From contig AP026172.1 in the NCBI GenBank assembly GCA_030295235.1, positions 124,001 through 188,000 on the forward strand: a DNA stretch of 64,000 nucleotides, written 5' to 3'. A program made the translations under genes and the position numbers. This stretch comes from Fistulifera solaris (taxonomy: Eukaryota). Shown piece after piece: positions 1 through 12,060 of the stretch. Below the pieces are notes generated by a model that was not told the origin of the DNA, did not search any database, and saw only the letters and a program-made list of their open reading frames with translations. Position 1 is the stretch's first letter; each line of letters opens with the position of its first letter.

Positions 1-419
1 TTCTCATTAATGTACTGAATGAGTAGCGGACACATTGATTCTTCTTTCATTGTTATAACGACAAAACTATCTTGAGGAGGTTTTCGGAACTTTTCAAAGT
101 CGATCGTTTTGTCAGGATACTTTTCTTGAGCCGCTTTCATCCAAGATGTGACCATTTTTGCCGTTTCTTTGTTCTTCATGAATTTCATGACATTATGCAC
201 AATCACTTTTCGATTTGAGAAATCCCAGTGTCGTTCGACTGTATTCTTTTCCGACGACTCTGTTTCCTTGACTTCCGATGCCGTCGTTTCTGCTAAAATG
301 GGCTCCTCTGTTGGGGACGAGGAAGACGCTACCGCATTCGCTCCTTCTTCCTGGTGTCCAATCTCCGCAGCAGTCAATTCCTCCATGATCTGAGTCATTT
401 GCTGTTTGACTTCTTTCAT
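1..419 (-). CDS. 5' part of a gene running off the window; RRM-like segment, possibly TRM2/TRMT2A-type tRNA methyltransferase N-terminus
   Basis: Open minus frame MKEVKQQMTQIMEELTAAE...RKVIVHNVMKFMKNKETAK...KFRKPPQDSFVVITMKEE continues past base 1; the start codon is uncertain (419, 398 or 386); the product is inferred from the RRM-like pattern only. Confidence 0.4.
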   Translation of the reverse strand, partial: MKEVKQQMTQIMEELTAAEIGHQEEGANAVASSSSPTEEPILAETTASEVKETESSEKNTVERHWDFSNRKVIVHNVMKFMKNKETAKMVTSWMKAAQEKYPDKTIDFEKFRKPPQDSFVVITMKEESMCPLLIQYINE

Positions 420-1163
420 GCAGAAACGACTGTTTTGAAGAGTTTGATTGCTGAAAAAGAAAGAAATAACTTTTGCGATGCTTCGTTTTTGTTGTTATTG
501 GTAGCGATGGAGCTTTTTCTTGGTGTGGCGAAACGATGTTCTCGTTTTGTGATTCCAAATTCCTTGGTTCAATATAGGTTAAAGTGTTGACGACGACGAC
601 TCTCTTTCACCACGGCACGGCTGCATTGCGAGCCACATTGCAATTTATTCTCTTTTTACTTTACTCGATTGTTGAGCTGCACTTGTGCGGATCACAATGC
701 AGTTACGTTTAATAGCATTTACAAAAGCACCACCAATCATCTTGTCCGATCCTTGTGAATCGCTTTCGCCTTATCTTACTATACCTGGTAGAATTAAAAT
801 GTTTCTTCTCGCGTCACCACGACTGCATTTCAGTCATGAAATCTTCGTGCGGGACCGGTACTAAAAGGATCTGTGTTTCAATGATCCGGGAGACACGACA
901 GATACTTGTAGTCTACTGTCTACAAAAAGACACGCGCGATGCGATGAAGCAAAATTAGGCGCAAAAAAAACGCAATAGAAGAACACGACAAAAAAGCAAC
1001 CATCAATTGCTCATCATTACAAGCAAAACGATCCATTACGAAAGCTCTCTGGCCCTTTCAAGTGCATTTCCTTACGCATATTTTGTTCTGATTAGACGAT
1101 TGCGCACCGAGTAGATTGATTTTGAGCGAACAATAAAGAAAGAAACGAAATATTCGAAACAGA

Positions 1164-4100
1164 ATGGTGGACGACATGTCAAAGACAAACGCGATTGTTG
1201 GTCCCGTCAGTCATGACGACAAAAACAACAGTCAGGAAGACCTCAAATCCATTAACCTCTTAATGTTGGATGAAAGGTCGATTACATCAACTACTTCTTC
1301 TTGCACTTGGTCAGACGCACAGGTCGTGAATGCATTGCGAAAAAAGAAAATGTCTCCGGCGACACAAACACTTTATCAGTTGTCACAAACAGTCGATCAA
1401 CTTGATTTACTTTGTAACAACTCGGTAATCGACTCTCCGGCTCAACGCAACGTTCGGTGCCCTCCCGAGTTCTCGCAGTATGAATTTTCGGTCGCGGCGA
1501 TTCTCGCAAATGCGGCGCAGTCGAAACATGAAAACGAATCCTATTACGAGAACGATGAAGAGGAAACACAGCTACAGCAAGACGAAAATGTGTCGAATCA
1601 AAAGAAAAGAAAGGGAGACAACTCACTGCTTTTCGACACGAGTTCTGTTTTGGTCCAAGCAGCCAAGGCACCGCGTCGTCGTGAAACGACTACGGAAAGC
1701 AACCGCAAGGTCGACGTACAAAAGAAACCATCGCGTGTGAAGCACAAAGTGCAGAAAAGCCAACCAAGTCAGCGCATTGTCAGCAAAGAGAAAAAACAAT
1801 CTGCTGCGCAATCGTCGACGCTGCCCAAAAAAGAATCCGCAGGGGTCGTATCGGAGTCAAAGCGTCGAAAAGTGGCGGGAAAGCGCCTCATCAAAGTGTT
1901 TCAGTCCATGCGACAAGCCGCGGAAGCAGAAGGGACCCATCACGGACACATTAAGCGACTCATCGAGTCGGGAGTTGTCACAAACGGCTGTGTTTGGAAA
2001 TATCAGCAACAGTTGTCGTCGATTTCTACTGCTGCCGAGTCCCAGAAGGAAACTAAAGCGAGAAAAGAAATCAGCCCCAAGAACACAAAACAGAAAGCCG
2101 TGTCGACAGCGAAAAGTAGTGCGAGAGTTCGTTCTTCGACTAAAGCACATTTTCCGGTCCCAGCCATCCAGCCAAAGAGAACACCGGTCAAACGCCCGAG
2201 TCCTCATCAACATCCCAAATCTAAAAGTGTTCAGCGGTTGAAAAACGACGGATCGGTAGCAAGAACGTTTCCTTCCATGCTACAAGCTTCTTTGATTACA
2301 GATATCAGTCGTCGAACTATTCGTGATTGTATCAAAGATCGTAACGAAAGAGACACAGATGGCTTTGGGTGGCGTTTGATGGAAACGGGAGACGAATTAT
2401 CTCCAGTAAACAGTGCGAACCAAGAGAAGACGGATCGATCACCAGACGACGAAGAAGTACCAAAAGATGCATCCAGTGACCAACTCCCAGCTTCGAAAAC
2501 ATCAAAGGCCACAGCAAACAAGAACGGTGAAAGAGGATCCCCTAATCAAGCTCTGGGCGATGACTGGAACGAAAAGAAAGCTTCAGATAGAAAAGAAAAA
2601 GCAATTCGATCAGTAGACGATTATCAAGAAGAAAATGTGCATCCCAAAAAACAAGCTCCGTCGGCGAGTCAAGCCAAGGCCGCAGTTGCCAAAACAAGTG
2701 AAAGTGTCTCTCCATTTTCAGCAATGGACAAGGTTAGCAAAAGAAGAAGCTTTTAAAAAGAGACGAGAAAGCAAACCGATCAGTAGAAGTAGAGCAGGAA
2801 GAAGAGGCGCCAACAAAGAAACAAGCTTCGTCGACGAGGAATGCAAAGGTAGGAGAAGAGAGCATAGGTGATCGCGTGAACAGCATCAACGCTCCTGACA
2901 ACGAACTGTCCGAACAAAGTCAAGATAAGCCAGAACTTCCATTTGATATACTTTTCGTCGACATCACTTCGACTGGCAAAATTGGATTGATGATTCGCAG
3001 CGTTTTCCCGAATAAACAAGTTCGCCTTTCCGTAGAAAAGTCAACGTCACTAAAAGTACACGAATACATCAAAGGATGCATCGTGGAATCTGTGAGGGAT
3101 GAAAGTCATTGCGGAAAAGTAGGCATTCGAGCTGAGGACAACTTGTTTCTTGTCGAAAAAATCGACGGGCATCGAGTGCTGAATGGAAACTACGACAAGA
3201 TCCTTCGGGCAGCCAGAAGTGAAGAAAGACCGATCAACCTTTGCATCGCGCGGCCTATTGTCGAGAAGCTCACATCGAAGATACAATCAGACACCGCACC
3301 AATAGAAACGAGTGCAAGGTCAAAATCAGAAGTGCCACAGTCGAAATCGGACTACGATGCCCCGTATTGTGCTTTGTGTAACGGAGGCGAAATGAAACAT
3401 CAAGTTCATCATGCATGGTGCAAACTGAACCCCCAATTCCACAAATCCGGAGCCCATGAAGTTCTACGACGAGTTACGGAAGGGATGAAATTGGGCTGTA
3501 CGGTTTGTGGAGAAGAGTTCCGAACAGGTCGCATTCAGAAAAATTCGGTTCACACGTCATTGTGCAGAGAAAATCAGAAGGTAATTTTTGGCGTAGAGGA
3601 GTTACCGCAGCACTCCGAAGCACAGTCGAATGTGAAGCATAAGGAGAAGAAATTAAAAAGCTCACACCCCGCAGCAGCAGCCGTTGAGACGCGGAACACC
3701 AATGAACCAACACTTAAGACCAAGCGTGGTCGCAGTGTCAAAGTCTCCGACAAAATACGAACTTCGGGTGCATACTTGTCGGACATTGGTCGAGATGGCA
3801 GTGACACTTCAGAGGACTTGGAACCGCAACGGAAACGAAAACCGGTGAGCGCCCTTTTCCGAGCGAAGAGATCTCCTGAAGCTGTACAAGACACAGTGCG
3901 AAGCACGTCGGGCTCTATTCAAAGTACAAAAGCCGCCGCTTCAAATCGAAGAAGTGCAGTAGATGTACCACGCTCCAAACCTAAACCGTTGTCAAATGAT
4001 GCTAATGCCCCTTGCGTTTCAGGGACAGAAAATAAGCAGAATGCATCTTTTGCGGCAGATTACACATCTGCGAGCGATGCAGAGTATGACGAATCCGGAA

Positions 4101-5697
4101 AACTTGCAATAATATGGGAGCCGTGTCCCGATCCTTGGGGCCAAAAGGGATACGTCGAAGGTGATATCGTTGTATTTTCCAACAAGGCTGGTATTGGGAG
4201 TGTCGAGACGGCTTTGCCGTCACCAAGATTTGAAATCGATCCACTATCTGGGTCTTGTCGCTACAGGAAGACGCATCACACGCCGAATGAGGGTTTTCAT
4301 GCACTTCTGCTACAAAGGGATCCTCAGTGCACTTTGTCGTGGGGATTTTCCGTTCAGCGGCACGAATTCGGGGGTGCGTGCTTGGTGTCATCCGTCGAGC
4401 CTATGTCGCCTGCACATGCAGCAGTATGTATTTGTGATTGTGATTTATGCACCAACTAGAAAGAATTACATCTCACCAGCCCATTGGCTTGCCCAGGTGT
4501 TTGTTGGAGCACACCATGAAGAACCTTCGATCGCGGCGCTTCGAAAGAATGACATGATACTGACCATCGACGGAAAGGAAGTGGGAGGAATGACGGTCGA
4601 GTCATTTCATCTGGCACTGGAACTTGCAGGATCTGAACTAATTCTCGTTGTTTCCAAGGTACAAAGGCCTGTTAGACAATCCGAAAACTCAAGAACGTCG
4701 TCTTCTATCAAACCTCGACAAACATATCAATGATCCCAACCGCCTTCATTGGGCCGATATTGGAGCAAGCGATTCATCGGCTTTTCAAGAATATCGCAAA
4801 CCCAAGGAAACGGAGCTCATTCACTTGTCATCTCCACTAAGTAACGCGCAAGTCCAGCCAAAACTCACGCCACCTGATAGCAACTCCATCAAGAGTGCAG
4901 TCCACCCTACCGGCAATCGAATCCGGATGCCAATTCTGTCAAACATGGCGAAAGAAAGAAAAGACCCGCCGATCACCAAGACAAACGTAAAAGACAGTTG
5001 CTCTCTTCCATCCATCAACAAGGTAGAGAATATTGCCGATCATGAGGAGGAGTCGACTCGTCGGAGTGACCAAGAAAGCGAAAGCGATTCTGAAATATCC
5101 AGTGTTGAACCGACTGATTTGCGATCCGTCCTGGACGAAGATTCCAGCAACAACGATGAATTTAGAGAAGATGGTAACGCCTGGTGCGGTTGTGTTTGCG
5201 GAAAAGAGCATCCAGCGAGGGGCAACTACTTCTGGATTCAATGTGAAGCGTGCTGTTCATGCTTTAATGTCTACCAAAAATGTGTTGGGTTCGGCAAGAA
5301 AGAGGCAGAAAACATCGAGCGATGGGCTTGTTGGGCATGTGGAGAGAGCATGTCGTTAGAAAGGAGTGACAAGTTGTCGGCCGGACCACAGAAACCTCAG
5401 CCGTTGAAACCCAAGCGGAAGCAACCGATCTCCGAAAAAGCAGCGCGTGACGTCGATATCGAGTCGATCGAATCCTCCGACGACGAAATCGTCCCCCAGC
5501 AAATCCATAATGTCGGTAGCCTCGTGTTTATACGAGAACACGCTTGGTCGGGTGTCAATAATCCAGAAGGAATTGCTCGCGTCACAGGAGTCCGGATGGA
5601 CGAGGAGGACGGGCGAGTGTACGACGTCAAATACATTGTTGGGCGATCGTCCAAGGGCGTTTTTGCGCGATACATCACGCCCCATACCTTTGACTAG
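1164..5697 (+). CDS. Large putative chromatin protein: 2x NUMOD1-like HTH, 2x PDZ-like, PHD-like finger, C-terminal Tudor-like domain
   Basis: ORFs 1164-2756, 2876-4459, 4161-4733 and 4648-5697 join via apparent indels and one intron (~4425-4497); PHD-like WCGCVCGK...WIQCEACCSCFNVYQKCVG...WACWAC; PDZ-like SWGFSVQRHEFGGACLVSSVEPMSPA...LRKNDMILTIDGKEV. Confidence 0.65.
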
Positions 5698-6416
5698 TTG
5701 ATTTCGACCTGAACATGGCAAAGCAGCGGTAGTATCAAATGTAATAAGTCGGTTAGTCTATACTCAAGTACCTTTTTATACGTCCTCTTCGATCTTATGT
5801 GCTTTGTGCTGATGAAATGTTTGCTTACATCTTGTCACATCGCAGTCGGTGCGACTTGAAACGATATCTCTAAGGAGGGCAAGTGACGCACGCTAAAGAT
5901 GCTGCGTGTGGATCGAAGATACCAGTACTAGTCTTTAAGTAAAATTAATCGTTACATAGTCACACCCGTCCTAGTCACACAATCATACTTTGTTAGTAAA
6001 GTGTACTTGTACTTTTTTTGTGTTGTGTCGGCCAATGAATGGGCGGTGCGATGAACAGACGACAAACGGCGCGGCAAGCAAGCAAGTAAGCGCTGCCTCA
6101 CGCTCACCGCTCACGCCTCTCACAACTCACAACATACACAGCCTTTCTTTCCTCTTGTAACGATCTGCTGGTTGTTGTTGCGGTAGTAATTTTCACTTCT
6201 TTCTGCCGCGCATTCTCGTCGTTACTTCAGAACACAAGTTAGAAAGGTCCTGGCCACGATCCTTTGCTGAACTCATGTTTTGAAGTGTAAAGCGCTGTTA
6301 GAAGTTCGAAAAACAAGAAATCATCGCCGCTGTGCCGTTCCTTATTTACTGTGCATTTGATAGCGAAAAACAAATCAATACGCCGTATCTCTCTTTCCAA
6401 GCGGTGTGTTTGAAGA

Positions 6417-7103
6417 ATGGCTACAACTAACGGCGCTAAGAATGCGGCAACTCCGTCAACAGCTCGCTTGGAAGCACGCTACCCCGTGAACACCTCGTGG
6501 GAGTTTGTGCTACAGTCGCAGGAGACAGTAGAGGGAATTATCTATTGCACCGATGACATGTCACAAACCGTCGTTCTGCAGACGGCACTATCTCATACTG
6601 TCCTAGCGTCGGAAATCAGATTGATTCACGCGGCGCATATTGTTCGAGCCACGCAGCAAAGACGGAAGACGCCACGGAAGGCATTCCGTTGTCGGCTCCG
6701 TTACCCAAAATTCAGAAGAAGGTACTCGAGGAACGAGAAAAAAAAGCGCTCAAAAGTGCAGAGGAGAGTCTTCGGCACATTAATGAAAAGGTGTGTGGGA
6801 ATGATTGCTGGTCTACGTCGTCGTTCCCTGCTGCAACACAATGCTCACTCTCTTTTCTCTATTTGTTATCCAAATCAGACTACTCCCAAAGGCCAAATTG
6901 TGTTTGATAAGCTGCTAAAAGCGTGCAGTGAAGCTGTTTGGAAAGGCGAATCCATCTTGGTACTCGGTCAAGTGCAAGTAGATCCACCGTACGGTCCGGA
7001 ACATTGCAAAATCTTGCAGAAAAATGCCTCGGGCAAGAAATCCTTGGACGACGGTAGCTTGGAACGCATTCAGAAGATTGTTGCCGCAGTCTCTTTATCA
7101 TGA
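6417..7103 (+). CDS. LSM12-like protein (Lsm N-terminus + anticodon-binding AD domain)
   Basis: VEGIIYCTDDMSQTVVL; LPKIQKKVLEEREKKA; TPKGQIVFDKLLK...VWKGESILVLGQVQVDPPY...SLERIQKIV; intron 6791-6878; one apparent indel near 6660. Confidence 0.75.
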   Translation: MATTNGAKNAATPSTARLEARYPVNTSWEFVLQSQETVEGIIYCTDDMSQTVVLQTALSHTVLASEIRLIHAAHIVRATQQRRKTPRKAFRCRLRYPKFRRRYSRNEKKKRSKVQRRVFGTLMKRCVGMIAGLRRRSLLQHNAHSLFSICYPNQTTPKGQIVFDKLLKACSEAVWKGESILVLGQVQVDPPYGPEHCKILQKNASGKKSLDDGSLERIQKIVAAVSLS

Positions 7104-7209
7104 GCGCGTTAGAGATAAACACAAAAGTGTAAAGGGCAAAGATTCTTCTTTTTAACTTCTAGTCTATTGTTCGATTTTGTTCGTAATGAGGTTGGGGCAC
7201 AGCATGCAG

Positions 7210-8171
7210 TCAGTGCGACAGAGCTGCTGCCTGCATTCGACTATAGTGCTCCGTACTGGTCAGCTGTTCAATCAGCACAGCATCGGAAGCGACCCAGGAC
7301 TGGTGATTTTTAGCGTCGTTGTCGTCGAGATGATTGGATATCTCGATTTCTCGGGGCGACAAATCAATATTCAATATTGTCAAACTCGAGTTGGGAATGG
7401 AGAGTGCGGGAACACCATTCTTGTTTTCAAAGCGTGCGTCGGGATGTTGTCGCAGTCTTTGCGTGCCCAGCAATCGTTCCAAAAAGATGCGCAACAAACC
7501 AGAATGCGAGATTACCAATACGTTAAGTACTTTGTCACCATCATTTGGGGTATCTTTGCTATCGTTGTCGCTATTATCCGGCACTACGTACCCACTCTCT
7601 TGCGCAGCATCTTCCATGACTTCGTCCAACCAGTCCGATACTCGACTCCATCCTTCCCCGGGTGTCTCGAACAGTGGAATCGGATCCATGATCCCCAAAC
7701 GCTCGCGTTCCGAAAAGGCTTCCATTTCCGACAATACTTTGGGTAAGCCTTCCCGAGCACCACGAGCCAGTTCTCGTAATCGCGGCTTGAAACGAACCGG
7801 TAGTATAGGAGAGTGTTTGTCGATAATCAATTGCGCTGTGTGCTGGGCTCGTGGAAGATCGGAGGAATAGATTCGCCAAAACGAACGATTACTTTCAGCG
7901 AGTTGCTCGCCCAGCGCTTTCGCTTGCTCCACGCCTTTGACTGTGAGTGGCTGTAATCATCCATAAAAGAAGAAATTAGCAGTTTATGTGCGAGCTGTAG
8001 ACACGTTGATTCATCAAACGCACCGAATCCGATTGCCCAATGACAATTTTTTTGAACGTTCGATTCCGTTTCTCCATGACGGATCAGATACAAGCGAAGA
8101 GATAAGCGACGTTGGGTTTGTTGCTTTTGCGGTTGAGACGTTGACAGATGCGGAACGGCATCGGATGACAT
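7210..8171 (-). CDS. Histidine phosphatase / phosphoglycerate mutase family protein
   Basis: LYLIRHGETESN, IYSSDLPRAQHTA, LRELARGAREG, VLVISHSGLLR motifs; intron ~7952-8021; indel at the T-run 8046-8053. Confidence 0.85.
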
Positions 8172-8851
8172 TATAGCATAAAGGCCGATAAGTAAGAATA
8201 GCTTACAAGTCGCCCAATTCCGACGAAAAGGCACTCTTTCGACTTGCATGTAAAGCAGCGATTGAGGATTAACCAGTATTAAAAAGGTAGCTTCAAATGC
8301 GAGATAAGTAACAAGAAAGAGGGTACCAGTACCTCCCTCGGAATAATCAACTCGTTTACTTGGCTATCATTTTTGTCGTTTTGCGTTCAAGACTCGGAAT
8401 GGATTTCCAGTCACGCCAAAAGGTCGCCTACATTGTACGACTACAGTGCACGGTGAGCTGCATGATATTCGAAAAGAAACGACGACTGAAAAAGTAAGTA
8501 AGCAGGCCTTGCAAATCGTAGTTTGCTAGAAGTTGAACGCATCTTATTTGTGCAATCTATTTTGATATAGAAGGAACATAGACTACGTCTAACTTCGATA
8601 TCGTGCGGCGTTTTTTTCACTCAACACTCAACCTCCTGTCATTGTTCTGGTTAAAGGGTTAAAGGTTCGTCCAACCGTGTTATCTTTAACCCTAAATAGT
8701 GAGTGAAAGTTATCCCTATCCCTACGAGTTTGGCGTCGATTTCTGAACGCTGCTTTTTATTGTGATTGTAATGCGAGCCAAAGCCAAAAACCTTGTTTAT
8801 GTAGTTTTGAATCCGCAAAAGGGTGGACCATTCCCTTTTAAACTGGGCAAC

Positions 8852-11800
8852 ATGGTTCGAATTTGCTTAGAAGATGAGACTTTCGATGATTCACTCCTCA
8901 ACAATGCCGAGTGGAATGTCTTGGAGACACCCAAACGGCGCAACGTCATACGTGAGCACACCCATCTTCATGAAAAGGAAGAAATAGCCGACGATGAACC
9001 TCTTCATCCTTTGGGATTTTCTTCACCCTCCTCGCAGGATCGAACGCGTTATTCTATGGAGGAAGAAGACGAAGAATCCTTGTTACGGTACAAACTGCAA
9101 TGGGGATATTTAAATGTCCGCAAGAATCAGCATCACCAGGATAAAACCACAGAGTGGATCACATCGAATGCGACGCAACATTATCCACCGTTGTATTCGT
9201 ATTTGGATGCCGAAACAGCTCCCACTTCGGCATTGTTGCGTTACGATTACCAGCAGAAACGTCATCAACAGGATTCTTCATCCGAAGATCCGATGGAGAA
9301 AATTACCATGTTATTGAAAGCATCCTGTGTGATTGTAGATGAAACTACTTTGTTATCACCAATTCGAGAAATTGAATCGATTCAGCAACAAATGATTCTA
9401 CCGCAACATGTACAGCAGCAGCGGGATTCTAAGATTCAACAACGCGTGGAACGCTATCGAGCCAAATTTGCGCGCGAGCAAGAAGAAGCGGCCCAGGCAT
9501 TAGCAAGTCTCTTGCAGCGTCAAGAAGCCAAAGCTCTGGAGATAGAGGAAGAACAGAAGCGATCGCAAGAGGAACAAGAGCGACAACAGCAAGCAGAAGA
9601 AAACGAAAAAAGGATTCAGGAAGCAAAACTGCACGAGCAAAAAGAGGAACAAGCCAGGGCAGCCAAGGAAGCGGCCAAGCAACAGGAAGAGCGACAAAGA
9701 GAAGCTTTGATGCAGAAAAGTCAAGAACCCGAGTACATTGGACGCGCTAAGAAACTTGTAGCCGAATTGGTACAGGTACGAGCATCTGTAGAGTCATTTG
9801 AAACATCCAAGGCAGTCAGCAAGCGGCGACTGGGTGTAAAGAAAGTTGCAAATGGAAAGGTCAATACGTTGACCGAAGATGCAGGCAAGGTTCGCAGTGT
9901 GGCTGCCGAAGTATCACAAGCTATTTCTGTATCAAGGGCCGAAGATGCAGAAGCAAAGCAAAGACTAGAGGCACAGGACCCGTCCGTCTCTGTTGAAATG
10001 ACTCGAGGCAAGCGCTACTTCTTGGACTTTTTATGCAGTAAAGCCATTGTTCGTGCACAGGCAGATGGATTCAATGGGTAAGTAGACACAGAATAATGCG
10101 AAACGGTCGAGTTTGTTTTGTAACTAAATTTATTTTAACAGACAACGCGGGGACGGGTTTCCATTGGCTTGTATGCTAACGCTTGTATCCGTCGACAACA
10201 AAGACATCAATCCGATTCTGGCAGCCCATATCTACACTGTATGTCCCGTGGCCATTCCGACACTTCCATCACCCGCAAAAGATGCTTCCGAAGATGAATT
10301 CATGGAAAGCCTGGGGATGCTCAGGGAGAAGAATGGAGAATTCGAGACGTTTGAAAAGTTTCTTTCACGGACAGAGGTAAGTTGCAAGAATACAAACATT
10401 GTTGTTCGTTAAATCAACGCTCTGACATTGATATTTACAGGGCATTATATCACTTATGGCAAACATAATGTCAGTGCAGCCATCAACGCATACGTTGATG
10501 GGTGGGAATGAAGGAGCAGTGAAATGGCTGTCTCGATTTTTAAAGTTACTCCCCGAAGCGCCAACTGCACCTCTCCCACTTTTAACAGCCCCCGTTCTTG
10601 ATGCATTCTTATCAGGCGCTGGTCATATGCTGGCAAACGTCCACGGGGAACGGTTCCGACAGTATCTTGACCTTATCTCAAATGATATTTTAAGTCGACT
10701 AGATGTTGGACCGATCGGAAAACCATCATCGATACGTTTGAAAAAAGACGATTGAAGGAGGATTTGAGAAATTTAAATCAGAGCTACCATCCAAAGCAAT
10801 TGCAGAGCTCTACCTTGCTGGGAGATCTGCAAGTAGCCAAGCATCGCACATTCTTCCGACACTATCTGTTTCACAGAAACTTATGGGACATTCTCCTTCT
10901 CAGCGACAATCCTCATCTTCATCATGGGCTTCGCCTTTCGGACCAGCAAGTGGACGATCCTCGCAAAGCTCGAATACATTTGGAGGCACATCTAGTACCA
11001 GTAGCAGCAATAGAGCTTCGTTCGGCGGACTCGGCAGCAACCAATCTGCTTTTGGATCCTCGACGACTAGTGGTAACTTACAAAATTCATTTGGAGGCCA
11101 GAACAGCAGTAGTCAGACCAAGTCGCCTTTTGGATTAGTATCCAACACCAAGCAGAGCCCATTCGAAAGTTCCGCAAACACCAACAGCAATCAGTCACCA
11201 TTTAGAGCACCTAGTGCCCAGCCAACGTTCGTCAGCCCTTTCGGCGCGACTAGTGGTAATAACCAATCCCCTTTCGGCGCGGCTACAAATTCGTTCGGAA
11301 ATCACCTCTCGCAGCAAGAGTTCGGCATGGACGAGGATAGCGGAGGATCTGCACAACAATCAGGCGGAATGTTTGGAGGTTCCGCTTCTGCTGCTTCTCC
11401 TTTTGGTAGTTCCAGTTTAGCATTTGGCGCTTCCGCAAATGCTACACCTTTTGGTGAACCGAAAACTGCAAACTCTCCCTTCGGGAATTCTTTTGCTGGG
11501 TCATCGCCATTAGGTGGCACAACATCGGCCCCCTCCATGACGAACTTGAATTCGAAACCCTTTGGCCAGTCATCACCCTTTGGACAATCGAATTCATCTC
11601 CGTTCGGTTCTTCCGGACAATCTGGAGGCGTTTTTGGAGCTGGATCGACATCCTCAACGCCTTTTGGCTCTACTTCGTCATCAAATACCAATCCATTTGG
11701 AGCGCCTTCTCAATCTGGGCCTTTCAACAATGCTGGGCCATTTAACCGACCCATTCATCGTAAAAACAACAATGGAGGTAAATCTATTTGCAAATTTTTT

Positions 11801-11979
11801 GCCCAAGGACGGTGTCGATTTGGCGACAATTGCCGCTTTTCCCACGACACGGGAGGCGGCGGCGGGGAGGAGGCTTTGCTCCAAACAACAATCCTTTCGG
11901 CGGAGGTCAGTCGAATTTTTTTGGAAGTAGCAACAACTCTTTTCAAGCAAACATGCCGTTTGGCGGACCGCGTCGATAA
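8852..11979 (+). CDS. GLE1: mRNA export factor Gle1 with C-terminal FG-repeat region and CCCH zinc finger
   Basis: Coiled coil followed by a Gle1 domain (AHIYTVCPVAIP, FLSRTEGIISL, GAVKWLSRFL, APVLDAFLSGAGHML); introns 10078-10141 and 10377-10440; one-base indel at the A-run 10741-10746 links to SPFG/FG repeats and CKFFAQGRCRFGDNCRFSH. Confidence 0.8.
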
Positions 11980-12060
11980 GTATCGTAATAACTGAAAGAT
12001 TACGGCTACATTACAAACTCTATTTTAAACTTTTAGCATGGTATTTAAACACCATTAACG

